From contig JAZNUB010000069.1 in NCBI GenBank assembly GCA_045592105.1, positions 28,141 to 92,140 of the forward strand: a stretch of DNA of 64,000 nucleotides, given 5' to 3'. Position 1 is the stretch's first letter. Every line of letters begins with the position of its first letter. A model generated the notes under the pieces. That model saw nothing but the letters and a program-made list of their open reading frames with translations. It was not told where the DNA came from and did not search any database. Made by a program: the position numbers and the translations under genes. Below are positions 27,998 to 37,500 of this stretch, one piece after another. Origin of the DNA: Eubacteriales bacterium (GTDB lineage Bacteria > Bacillota > Clostridia > Oscillospirales > CAG-382).

Positions 27998-28336
27998 ATG
28001 AAAAAAGTATTAGTGTTTGGTTTGCTTTTGGCTGTTTTGTTCTCTTTGTTTACCTTAACTGCTTTTGCTGAATCTACGGATGCTAACAACGATGTTTCCA
28101 CCGAAACTTCTGTTGATAACGTATCAACCGATAGCGATATTTCAAAAGAAGAGCTGTCCACCAATACAACAGGTGGCGAACAGTCTAAAGACGGCGTTAT
28201 AAGCTTTGAGTTTTCTACTACAAGATTTCCCACCGCACTTAAGCATATGGCAATAGGTATGCTTGGCGTGCTTATAGTGCTTTCTTTGATAGCGTTAGTT
28301 GTTTTTGTGCTTAATAAGCTTTGTAAGCCCAGATAA
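27998..28336 (+). CDS. Small secreted/membrane protein with OadG-like C-terminal transmembrane segment
   Basis: ATG lies 1 nt after the oadB stop, with GGAGGTG RBS. Signal peptide ...LTAFA, an acidic Ser/Thr/Asp-rich region, then MAIGMLGVLIVLSLIALVVFVLNKL resembling the OadG helix. Assignment is tentative. Confidence 0.45.
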   Translation: MKKVLVFGLLLAVLFSLFTLTAFAESTDANNDVSTETSVDNVSTDSDISKEELSTNTTGGEQSKDGVISFEFSTTRFPTALKHMAIGMLGVLIVLSLIALVVFVLNKLCKPR

Positions 28337-28361
28337 ACACAGAACACATAGTTAAGCATAT

Positions 28362-28401
28362 AAAAAACTGACTTCGTTCTTCTAAGCGAAGTCAGTTTTT
28401 T
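28362..28401 (+). terminator. Rho-independent terminator
   Basis: CTGACTTCG / CGAAGTCAG stem followed by TTTTTT. Confidence 0.8.
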
Positions 28402-28411
28402 GCATTTGTGT

Positions 28412-28454
28412 AAAATAAAGCGGCTGTTCTAAACAAGCTCGTTTAGGACAGCCG
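28412..28454 (-). terminator. Rho-independent terminator of the MATE gene
   Basis: 14-bp stem CGGCTGTCCTAAAC / GTTTAGAACAGCCG (one G-U) followed on the minus strand by CTTTATTTT. Confidence 0.75.
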
Positions 28455-28471
28455 AAAGTGTTATTAACTTT

Positions 28472-29869
28472 TTAGTTTACGTTAACACGGTGCTTGCCGA
28501 ATTTGCAAAACTTGTAATACATTAGCGTGCATAGCGCGCAAACGAACCAACCGGCAGGGTAGCCAAAGGCTATTGGTAAAATATCGTTGGATATAAAGTT
28601 TGAAACACAGTATAAATACACCTGTCTAAACCCAACAAACGATAAAAGCATTATAAGCATAGGAGCCTTCGTGTCACCCGAGCCGCGCAACGAAGCGGAG
28701 AATACTTGGTTTACACAGCAAAAGATATAAAACGGTGTTAAGTACTTTAGCAAGGTTCTCGCATAGAAGGCTACGTGTTTATCGGGGTTAAAAACGTTTG
28801 CAAGTGTTGGTGTAAACACCATAACTGCCGCGATAACAAAAACGGTAACGCCTGTTGCCATAAGGTAAGCTTGCATAGTACCTTTGCGTGCGCGTTTGAT
28901 ATCGTTTATGCCTAAGTTTTGCCCAACAAACGTTGTAACGGCAAGCGATATTGATTGAACAGGTAAGAATATAAACTGGTCAATTTTTGTATACGATGTC
29001 CAGCCCGATAAAAGATATTCGGGCGTGCCGTTTGCTCCAACTATGTATGATTGAACAAATATATTGGAAAACGCTGTAAGCGCCATTTGTATAGCGGCAG
29101 GGAAGCCGATACGGATGATGTTTTTAAGCGTTTGCATCTCTATTCTCAGTTCAGACCATACAAGCCTTATAACCGATTTTGTTCTAATCAAGGTTATAAG
29201 AACCAGCACCGCAGACAAGCCTTGTGAAATGATTGTTGCCAACGCAACACCGTCCGCCGCCATACCCAAAGCGTTTACAAAAACTAAATCTAAGATTACG
29301 TTAGAGATAGCGGAAACAACAAGAAAATAAAACGGGCGGCGCGAATCGCCAACAGCTCTTAAAATGCCTGAGCCCATGTTATATATCAAAAGACCAATGA
29401 TACCCGAAAAGTAAATGATTAGATACTTTTTAGCATGCGGATAAATTGCGGAAGCGTCGTTATTGCTTCTAAGCATAATGTTTAACGCAAACGGTGTAAT
29501 AAGTATCCCAACAACGGTAAAAACTACGGATAATATAAGCGTGAGAGCAATAGACGTATGAACTGCTGATTTAACCTTATTTTCGTTTTTTGCACCGTAG
29601 TATTGGGAAATAACAACGCCTGCACCGCTGGATAAGCCCATAAAAGTGCCTATAAGCATATTTATTATCGGCCCAACGCTGCCAACTGCCGCATACGCAG
29701 CATTGTTTTCGGTTTGACCAACAACCCACGTATCAACCATATTGTATAGCTGTTGAAACAGATTTCCTGCAAGCAAGGGCAATGCAAATTTTATAATATT
29801 GCCCGATATGCTCCCAACAGTCATATCAACGTCTTTTCGTTTTGAAACGGTCCGTGCTGTGTATGCCAA
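28472..29869 (-). CDS. MATE family efflux transporter
   Basis: GSISGNIIKFALPLLAGNLFQQLYN.VDT..VG is the typical MATE N-terminus, with 12 predicted TM segments. Start is uncertain (TTG 29869 or ATG 29824). Confidence 0.85.
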   Translation of the reverse strand: MAYTARTVSKRKDVDMTVGSISGNIIKFALPLLAGNLFQQLYNMVDTWVVGQTENNAAYAAVGSVGPIINMLIGTFMGLSSGAGVVISQYYGAKNENKVKSAVHTSIALTLILSVVFTVVGILITPFALNIMLRSNNDASAIYPHAKKYLIIYFSGIIGLLIYNMGSGILRAVGDSRRPFYFLVVSAISNVILDLVFVNALGMAADGVALATIISQGLSAVLVLITLIRTKSVIRLVWSELRIEMQTLKNIIRIGFPAAIQMALTAFSNIFVQSYIVGANGTPEYLLSGWTSYTKIDQFIFLPVQSISLAVTTFVGQNLGINDIKRARKGTMQAYLMATGVTVFVIAAVMVFTPTLANVFNPDKHVAFYARTLLKYLTPFYIFCCVNQVFSASLRGSGDTKAPMLIMLLSFVGFRQVYLYCVSNFISNDILPIAFGYPAGWFVCALCTLMYYKFCKFGKHRVNVN

Positions 29870-29896
29870 AATAAATGTCCTTTCTTTGCCGATGTG

Positions 29897-31270
29897 CTAC
29901 TCAGCCTTCAACAATATGTCCCTTGCAACGTGTACGCCGCTTGCGGATGCGTGCGAAAGCGAGTGCGTAACGCCGGAACAGTCCCCTATAACGTAAAGCC
30001 CCTTGTGCTTGGTTTGAAGGTTTTTATCGATAGCAACCTCCATATTGTAAAACTTAACCTCAACACCGTATAAAAGCGTATCGTCATTAGCTGTGCCGGG
30101 GGCGATTTTATCTAAAGCGTAAATCATTTCTATAATACCGTCAAGTATGCGCTTGGGCATTACAAGGCTTAAATCGCCGGGTGTTGCCGCAAGGGTAGGG
30201 GTAATATAGCATTCTTCTACTCTGCGTTCCGTACTTCTGCGTCCGCGCACAAGGTCACCAAAGCGCTGTACTATAACTCCGCCACCAAGCATATTGGAAA
30301 GCCTTGCGATGCTTTCGCCGTATCCATTGCTGTCCTTAAAAGGCTCGGAAAAATGCTTGCTTACAAGAAGCGCAAAGTTTGTGTTTTCCGTGTGCTTGGA
30401 TTTGTCCTCGTAGCTGTGACCGTTTACCGTAACGATGCCGTTGGTGTTTTCGTTTACAACAACGCCGTTAGGGTTCATACAGAAGGTACGCACAAGGTCC
30501 TCAAACTTTTCGGTGCGGTATACTATTTTACTTTCGTATAGCTCGTCAGTAAGATGTGAGAAAACAGCCGCAGGCAGCTCAACCCTAACGCCGATGTCAA
30601 CACGATTGGATTTTGTGGGGATATCAAGCTCGCGGCAAACGCCCTCCATCCATTTGCTTCCGCTTCTGCCAACGGAGATAACACATTTTTCACAAGTGTA
30701 TTCTCCATCCTTTGTGTGTACCTTGTAGCCACCATCTACCTTAGATACGGTGGAAACCGCGGTGTTGAAATGGAAATCAACCTTGTCCTTAAGTTCGTTG
30801 TATATGTTTTCAAGAACAATATAATTAATGTCCGTACCAAGATGGCGCACCTGTGCATCCAGCAAGTGCAAGCCGTTTTCAAGGCACTGCTTTTTTATCT
30901 TGGTATTGGCAGTTGTATATAGCTTGGTGCCTGTTCCGCCGTGAGAAAGGTTGATCTCATCCACGTACTGCATAAGCTCCGTTGCTTGGCGCTTGCCAAC
31001 ATATTCATAAAGAGTGCCGCCAAATTGGTTGGTTATATTATATTTACCGTCGGAAAAAGCGCCTGCACCACCAAAACCGCTCATAATAGCGCAAACCTTG
31101 CACCCAATGCAGGATTTAACTTTTTTTCCGTCTATGGGGCATTTGCGGTTGCTTAAAGGGTTGCCAAGCTCAAAAACGGCAATATTTAAGCTTTTATTGC
31201 TTTTTGCAAGCTCGTACGCGGTAAAAATACCACCGGGGCCGGCGCCGATAATAATAACATCGTAGTTCAT
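29897..31270 (-). CDS. FAD-dependent oxidoreductase (uncharacterized FAD-dependent dehydrogenase family)
   Basis: YDVIIIGAGPGGIFTAYEL dinucleotide fold and C-terminal LYVIGDCSG. Start trimmed to MNYDVII (31270) after GGAGAAAAC. Confidence 0.8.
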   Translation of the reverse strand: MNYDVIIIGAGPGGIFTAYELAKSNKSLNIAVFELGNPLSNRKCPIDGKKVKSCIGCKVCAIMSGFGGAGAFSDGKYNITNQFGGTLYEYVGKRQATELMQYVDEINLSHGGTGTKLYTTANTKIKKQCLENGLHLLDAQVRHLGTDINYIVLENIYNELKDKVDFHFNTAVSTVSKVDGGYKVHTKDGEYTCEKCVISVGRSGSKWMEGVCRELDIPTKSNRVDIGVRVELPAAVFSHLTDELYESKIVYRTEKFEDLVRTFCMNPNGVVVNENTNGIVTVNGHSYEDKSKHTENTNFALLVSKHFSEPFKDSNGYGESIARLSNMLGGGVIVQRFGDLVRGRRSTERRVEECYITPTLAATPGDLSLVMPKRILDGIIEMIYALDKIAPGTANDDTLLYGVEVKFYNMEVAIDKNLQTKHKGLYVIGDCSGVTHSLSHASASGVHVARDILLKAE

Positions 31271-31335
31271 AAGTTTTCTCCTTCTATATATATATTTGCC
31301 GTAACAGTTATCCAACGGCAAACCAATACATATTT

Positions 31336-31364
31336 AATATATCACTAACGAATGAATTTGTCAA
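31336..31364 (-). promoter_or_regulatory. Sigma-A type promoter (TTGACA-17-TATATT) for the oxidoreductase gene
   Basis: On the minus strand: TTGACA (31364-31359), 17-nt spacer, TATATT (31341-31336). Confidence 0.55.
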
Positions 31365-31392
31365 TAAAAGCACTGTTAGTAATAATGAAAAG

Positions 31393-31421
31393 TTGACAAA
31401 ATAGGATTATTATTATAAAAT
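31393..31421 (+). promoter_or_regulatory. Sigma-A type promoter (TTGACA-17-TAAAAT) for the CARF-nuclease gene
   Basis: TTGACA 31393-31398, 17-nt spacer, TAAAAT 31416-31421, 30 nt upstream of the ATG at 31451. Confidence 0.6.
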
Positions 31422-31450
31422 ATATCTACTACTGCACGGAGGTGATTTTA

Positions 31451-32665
31451 ATGACGGTTGTAGAGTTTTTTGCTTGCTCACCAATCGAGAATATGATAAG
31501 CTGTTTTTCATTGAATCCCGATAAGGTTATTTTTATCGGTAACGGCCGCCGTGTGAGGAGGCGCGTTAAATCATACGAAGCAATAGCCAAGCGTTTAGGC
31601 ATGGATGTTGTTTTTGAGTTTAAATGCGTAATGCAAAACAGCGTTAATAAGATATGCGATGCGCTTATCGAAATAGTTGAAACCGAGGCGGATTGTTGCT
31701 TTGATTTAACGGGCGGCAATGAGCTTGCGCTGGTTGCAATGGGTAAGGTTTACCAGATGTACGATGGGGAAAGGCACTTGCAAATGCAACGCTTTAATAT
31801 CGAAACAGGGCGTATTATTGACTGTGACGATGATGGCGAGCTTCCTGCAACGCATATGGGGATATTGCTAAACGGGGCAGAGAACGTTGCTTTACACGGT
31901 GGCAAGGTTGTGCAAAGCACGCGCTTGGACGATATTAGCTTTGCAGAGGATATAGCAACGCTTTGGGAGCTATGCAAAAGAAAAGCTTTATTATGGAATT
32001 CCAGTATCAATAAGCTTGGTGAGCTGTTGGCTGTTTCTCATCACGAAAACAGCGGTAAGCGTGCCGTTATTGATAAACGCCGCTGTTCAGGGCTTGTTAA
32101 TTTCCATCAGAAGCTTGAAGCTGTTAAGGATTTTGTTGGTAATCTGTGCGAAGTAGGGATGGTAACTGCTGTAAAAGATAATGCGGAAGAGTTTTCTTTT
32201 GCATATAAAAATCCCATTGTAAAAAAGTGTTTATTAAAAGCGGGCAATGTGTTGGAGCTTAAAGCTTTGCTTCTTGCGTCTACCGTTCGTGATAAAAACG
32301 GTGAAAAGCTTTATAACGATTGTTCAAGCGGCGTTGTTATTGATTGGGACGGTAAAAAGGATGAAAACGGCTTTGAAGGCACGGTAAACGAAATAGACCT
32401 GCTTTTAATGCGCGGCTTTATGCCCATTTTTATCTCCTGCAAAAACGGCGGTGTTGATGATGCAGAGCTTTATAAGCTTTCATCCGTGGCGGAAATGTTT
32501 GGCGGTAAATACGCAAAAAAGGCTTTGATCGTAACGGATTTTAACAGGAGAGGCGCATCTAAAAGCTATTTTTTAAAGCGTGCTTCTGATATGGGGATAA
32601 AAGTTATTGAAGGTGTAAATAAAATGACGGATAAGGCGTTTGCCGAACAATTATCAAAAATATAA
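31451..32665 (+). CDS. Card1/Can2-like (DUF1887-type) protein: N-terminal CARF-like domain + C-terminal PD-(D/E)xK nuclease-like domain
   Basis: ACGGAGG RBS lies 8 nt before ATG 31451. DLTGGNE loop at nt 31703-31723 (CARF-like D.TGG.K/E). C-terminal GNVLELK ... NEIDLLLMRGFMPIFISCKNG (E 32390, D 32396, K 32441) fits the restriction-endonuclease-fold E.D...(S/E)CK motif. Recall-based assignment. Confidence 0.65.
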   Translation: MTVVEFFACSPIENMISCFSLNPDKVIFIGNGRRVRRRVKSYEAIAKRLGMDVVFEFKCVMQNSVNKICDALIEIVETEADCCFDLTGGNELALVAMGKVYQMYDGERHLQMQRFNIETGRIIDCDDDGELPATHMGILLNGAENVALHGGKVVQSTRLDDISFAEDIATLWELCKRKALLWNSSINKLGELLAVSHHENSGKRAVIDKRRCSGLVNFHQKLEAVKDFVGNLCEVGMVTAVKDNAEEFSFAYKNPIVKKCLLKAGNVLELKALLLASTVRDKNGEKLYNDCSSGVVIDWDGKKDENGFEGTVNEIDLLLMRGFMPIFISCKNGGVDDAELYKLSSVAEMFGGKYAKKALIVTDFNRRGASKSYFLKRASDMGIKVIEGVNKMTDKAFAEQLSKI

Positions 32666-32672
32666 AAAGCTA

Positions 32673-32701
32673 TTGCATAATGAGGAAAAAACGGCTATAA
32701 T
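32673..32701 (+). promoter_or_regulatory. Sigma-A type promoter (TTGCAT-17-TATAAT)
   Basis: TTGCAT 32673-32678, 17-nt spacer, TATAAT 32696-32701. This makes the ACT/UPF0210 pair a separate unit from the CARF-nuclease gene. Confidence 0.55.
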
Positions 32702-32729
32702 GCAAAAAGAAAAGAGAGGTGTGTTTTAT

Positions 32730-32999
32730 ATGAACGCTGTAATAACTGTTACAGGTAAGGATAGCAAGGGCATCATAGCAAAGGTAAGCACGGTTTGTAC
32801 CGAATACGGTGCAAATATTGTTGATATTTCCCAAAGCGTTTTAAGGGATTATTTCGTTATGTTTATGATAGCCGATATCTCGGAGTTAAAGGTTAAGCTT
32901 TCTGAGTTTGTGGATATTCTCGATGCGCTTGCGGCAGATAACGCTTTAAAGATACAAACAATGCACGAAGATATATTTAATGCGATGCACAGGATATGA
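32730..32999 (+). CDS. ACT domain-containing protein (UPF0237 family)
   Basis: MNAVITVTGKDSKGIIAKVS......G.NI.DISQ.V...YF.M, 89 aa. It shows the classical pairing with a UPF0210 gene. Confidence 0.8.
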   Translation: MNAVITVTGKDSKGIIAKVSTVCTEYGANIVDISQSVLRDYFVMFMIADISELKVKLSEFVDILDALAADNALKIQTMHEDIFNAMHRI

Positions 33000-33008
33000 G
33001 GTGGCGGC

Positions 33009-34367
33009 GTGATAAATGTTGGTGATATTCTTGAAACGGTAAATATGATAAGCAACGACCATCTTGATATCCGCACTATCACAATGGGTATATCCCTTTT
33101 GGACTGTGCGGCAAAAGGTAAAGATGGTTTTGCAGCCGCTGTTTATGAAAAGATTACAAGCCGTGCCGAAAAGCTTGTTGCCGTTGGTGAAGAGATTGAA
33201 AAGGAATATGGTATACCGATAATAAATAAGCGTGTATCGGTTACTCCTATTGCAATTGCAGGTGCCTGCTTGGATGAAAAGGGCTTTGTTGAAACGGCAA
33301 AAGCAATGGATAAAGCTGCTGATACGCTGGGTATTAACTTTATAGGCGGTTACAGCACGCTTGTTCAAAAGGGGATGACTGATGCGGACAAACGCTTTAT
33401 CTCCACCATACCTGAAGCATTAGCTTCAACACAAAGAGTATGTTCCTCTGTAAACATAGGCTCCACAAAGTCGGGCATAAATATGGATGCCGTGCGTACA
33501 ATGGGCGAGGTAGTAAAAAGAACGGCTGAGCTTACTAAGGATAACGGCTCTATCGGCTGTGCAAAGCTTGTTGTATTTGCTAACGCACCGGAGGATAATC
33601 CGTTTATGGCAGGTGCTTTTCACGGCGTTAGTGAAGGTGAAACGATTCTTAACGTAGGCGTTTCCGGCCCCGGTGTTGTTAAAACCGCTATTGAAAAGCT
33701 TCGCGGTGCGGATCTTGAGGCTGTTGCCGAGGAGATTAAACGCACAGCGTTTAAGATAACGCGTGTAGGTCAGCTTGTTGCTATGGAAGCAAGCAAAAGG
33801 CTTGGCATACCCTTCGGTATAGTAGACCTTTCGTTGGCACCCACACCCGCGGTAGGCGATTCCGTTGCAGAAATTATTGAAGCGATGGGGATAGGCAGAT
33901 GCGGTGGTTGCGGTACAACTGCGGCGTTGGCAATGCTTAACGATGCCGTAAAGAAGGGCGGCGTTATGGCTTCTTCTAAAGTTGGCGGTCTTTCAGGTGC
34001 GTTTATCCCCGTTTCCGAGGATGCAGGCATGATAAGAGCGGTAAACGAAGGCGCTTTGTGCATTGAAAAGCTTGAGGCTATGACTGCTGTATGCTCCGTA
34101 GGCTTGGATATGATCGCTGTTCCCGGTGATACAACGGCTTCCGTTATATCCGCACTTATAGCGGACGAGGCGGCGATTGGCGTTATCAACGCTAAAACCA
34201 CGGCAGTTAGAGTTATACCCGCTTACGGCAAGGTTGTTGGCGACCACGTTGATTTCGGCGGCTTGCTTGGCAGTGCCCCTGTTATGCAAATCAGCAAGTG
34301 TGACCCTACGGAGTTTATCAACCGTGGTGGTTTAATTCCTGCTCCAATACATTCGCTAAAAAATTAA
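33009..34367 (+). CDS. UPF0210 (DUF711 / PFL-family) protein
   Basis: ILETV.MI....[15 protein letters not shown] and ...[12 protein letters not shown], about 450 aa, immediately after the UPF0237 ACT gene. Confidence 0.85.
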   Translation: MINVGDILETVNMISNDHLDIRTITMGISLLDCAAKGKDGFAAAVYEKITSRAEKLVAVGEEIEKEYGIPIINKRVSVTPIAIAGACLDEKGFVETAKAMDKAADTLGINFIGGYSTLVQKGMTDADKRFISTIPEALASTQRVCSSVNIGSTKSGINMDAVRTMGEVVKRTAELTKDNGSIGCAKLVVFANAPEDNPFMAGAFHGVSEGETILNVGVSGPGVVKTAIEKLRGADLEAVAEEIKRTAFKITRVGQLVAMEASKRLGIPFGIVDLSLAPTPAVGDSVAEIIEAMGIGRCGGCGTTAALAMLNDAVKKGGVMASSKVGGLSGAFIPVSEDAGMIRAVNEGALCIEKLEAMTAVCSVGLDMIAVPGDTTASVISALIADEAAIGVINAKTTAVRVIPAYGKVVGDHVDFGGLLGSAPVMQISKCDPTEFINRGGLIPAPIHSLKN

Positions 34368-34435
34368 AATATAAGCGTAATATGTTTGGTGTTTGTGCAA
34401 TAATCACAAAATCAAATCAAAATATTATAAAGTTT

Positions 34436-34472
34436 AAGCCGCTATCGACAAAAAATCGATAGCGGCTTTGTG
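34436..34472 (+). terminator. Rho-independent terminator
   Basis: AAGCCGCTATCGA / TCGATAGCGGCTT 13-bp stem followed by TGTG; the U-tract is weak. Confidence 0.65.
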
Positions 34473-34586
34473 CAAAAGGGCGAAAAAACTTAAATAAAAT
34501 CTTTCCTTAATTTTATTAATCTGATGTTTACATTTAAGGTTTATACTTAATTATGCTTCTGATTTGGAATTGAAAGGGGAGTTATT

Positions 34587-37500
34587 ATGAAACTAAGGCG
34601 TAGCCTGTCTGCTTTGCTGGTTGTTGTTTTGTTTATAACGATGTTTACGGCATATCCCGCAGGCTTTGTAAAGGCGGCATCCAAGCTTCAGTCCGATGTG
34701 TATTACATTGATAGAGACGGAGGCTTTATTTACGATGTTGCTGTTGGCACAACTGTTTCTCAATTAGTTAAAAACTTTAAAAATACTGATGCTGTAACAG
34801 TATCGGATAAAAACGGCAACGTTCAGGCAGACGATGCCTGCGTTGCTACAGGTTATAAGGTTACGTACGGTGACACTGTCTTTGACGTTATCGTTAAGGG
34901 CGATATTACCGGTGATGGCCTTTTGAGTTCTGCCGATGCGGTTGAGTACTCCGGATATATAAGGGCTTCAACCGTTTTAGAGGGTGCTTTTCTTCTTGCA
35001 GGCGATATCGACTATGATGGAGTTTTGGGTTCTAACGATTACTTGCTTATTAAAAAGCATATGAAGGGCGCTTTTGATATATATTCGCTAAAGCATCCCT
35101 TAACAGGTACAACCGTTACCTATACCGTTGAGTTTATAGCAGGTGCAAACGGTACATTACAGGGAACTGCAAGCTTTGTTGTAGATGATGGCTCAAGCTT
35201 TGCCGATATTGCTGTACCTACTCCTGTTGCAAATGCGGGCTATGTATTTTATGGTTGGACACCGGAATTTCCTGAAACGGTGGAAGAAAACATATCGTTT
35301 ACCGCTGTTTTTGCACGGGATGGCTCTTCTTGGCACACGCTAAGCTTCGTTGCGGGTGAAAACGGCAGCTTAACAGGCACAACGGTTATACCCGATATAT
35401 ATGACGAAACAGAATCTGAAGAAATAACGCTTCCCACTCCTGTAGCTGATCGCGGCTATAAGTTTAAGGAATGGTCTCCCGCTATACCCGAAGAGATAAC
35501 CGAAAGCGGTGTTTATACCGCTGTGTTTGAATACGACCCTACACAGTATGCAACCGTAACGTTCACGGCGGGTAACTACGGTTCGCTTGAGGGTACAACC
35601 TCTTATACCGTTCTTAAGGGTACGGCTTGGGATGAAATAGTTGTTCCCAGCTGCGTTCCTGACCGATATTATATATTCAGCTCTTGGTCTGCTGATTTCC
35701 CAAGTGTAATTAATGAGGATTTATCCTTCACAGCTAACTTCACTTCCGACCCTAACAGCTCGGTTAAAAACTATGCAAGCTCTGCCAACGGCGGTTCGTA
35801 TATAATAACCGCGGGTACTATACGCGAGGATTTTGCAGATAGCTTTGATTCAAGCTCTGCATATGGTAGTGGCTATCTTAACGATATGATTAGCTTAACC
35901 GATACTGACGATAATTGGGTAGAGGTGTCCCGTTCCTTCTCAAGGATAACCATTATGGTTAAGCTTGCACAGCCTATCACAATGACAAGTGCGGCTTTAA
36001 ACCTTGGTTTAAGATACGATTCAAGAAACCGCGTTCTTCCCGAAGAGGTAAACGTTTACGTTGGTTCAACCGCTGAAACGGCAAACACGTATTTTGGCGG
36101 AGCTTATCCCGATTCCTTTGTACAAGACGGTGAGTATGGCTACAACGTAACGATAGAAGGCAATGCCGAAAACGTTCAGTACGTGCAATTCGTTTTCGTG
36201 ATGGAAGAAACCAATAGCTTCATAGCGCGCTTTGGCGAGATAGAGGTTTACGGTTCTGTTGGCGTGATAGTTCCTACTTATAACGTTAGCTTCGTGGCAG
36301 GGCAGAATGGCTCTCTTACAGGTACAACAGATTATACCGTAGATGAAGGTACGTTGTGGAGCGTTATAACCGTCCCCACTCCCGTTCCTGCACCAGGTTA
36401 TAAGTTTACAGGGTGGACTCCTGCCATCCCCGATTCTACCGAGCCTGTTACAGATGATGTGGTATATACCGCAAGCTTTGAGTATGATAGTACTCAATGG
36501 GCAACGCTTACGTTTAACGCTGGCGAAGGTGGCTCTTTAAGCGGAAACACCTCTGTTACAGTTCTCAAGGGAGAGAGCTTTGCTAACGTAGCCGTTCCTA
36601 CCCCCGTGGCAGACGAGGGCTATGAGTTTGCAAGCTGGGCGCCTGCGCTACCTACGACTGTAACTGAAGATGCAGCCTATACTGCAACCTTCGTTGTTGA
36701 TGACAGCCAGTACGCAACCATAAGCTTCGTAGCAGGTGCTAACGGCACGATAAGCGGAACAGCAAGCTACAAGGTGCTTAAGGGTACGGCTTGGTCTGAA
36801 ATTACCGTTCCTACCTATACTGCAAACACGGGCTATAAGTTTGATTCTTGGTCTCCTGCTTTCCCAACAACTATTACATCAAATGCTACATATACCGCAA
36901 ACTTTGTTATTGACGATAGCCAATACGCAGTTATAACCTTTGTTGCGGGTGATAACGGTGCTATAAACGGCACAACAAGCTACACGGTTCTCAAGGGTAC
37001 GGCTTGGTCTGAAATTACCGTTCCCACATATACCGCAAACGCGGGCTATAAGTTTAGCGAATGGTCGCCTTCGTTCCCAACAACTATCGAAGAAAGCGCA
37101 ACTTATACGGCAAGCTTTGCATATGATGATTCACAGTGGAGCGAAATAACCTTTGTTGCAGGCGAAAACGGCACTATCAGCGGCACAACAAGCGTTACCG
37201 TTCTTAACGGTACTGCTTGGTCTCAGATAAACGTTCCTACTTATACTGCAAACCCCGGTTATAAGTTTAAGGCTTGGTCTCCTTCGTTCCCAAGCACGGT
37301 TACTTCCGATGCAACCTATACCGCAACGTTTGAATACGATGCTACTCAGCACGCAACGGTAAGCTTTGTTGCAAGCACAGGCGGCACTATAAGCGGTACA
37401 ACAAGCTTTACCGTTATTAAAGGCAGCGCGTGGAGCGCAATAACCGTTCCTACCGCAACCGCAAGTGAGGGGTATACATTCGATGGGTGGACGCCTTCGT

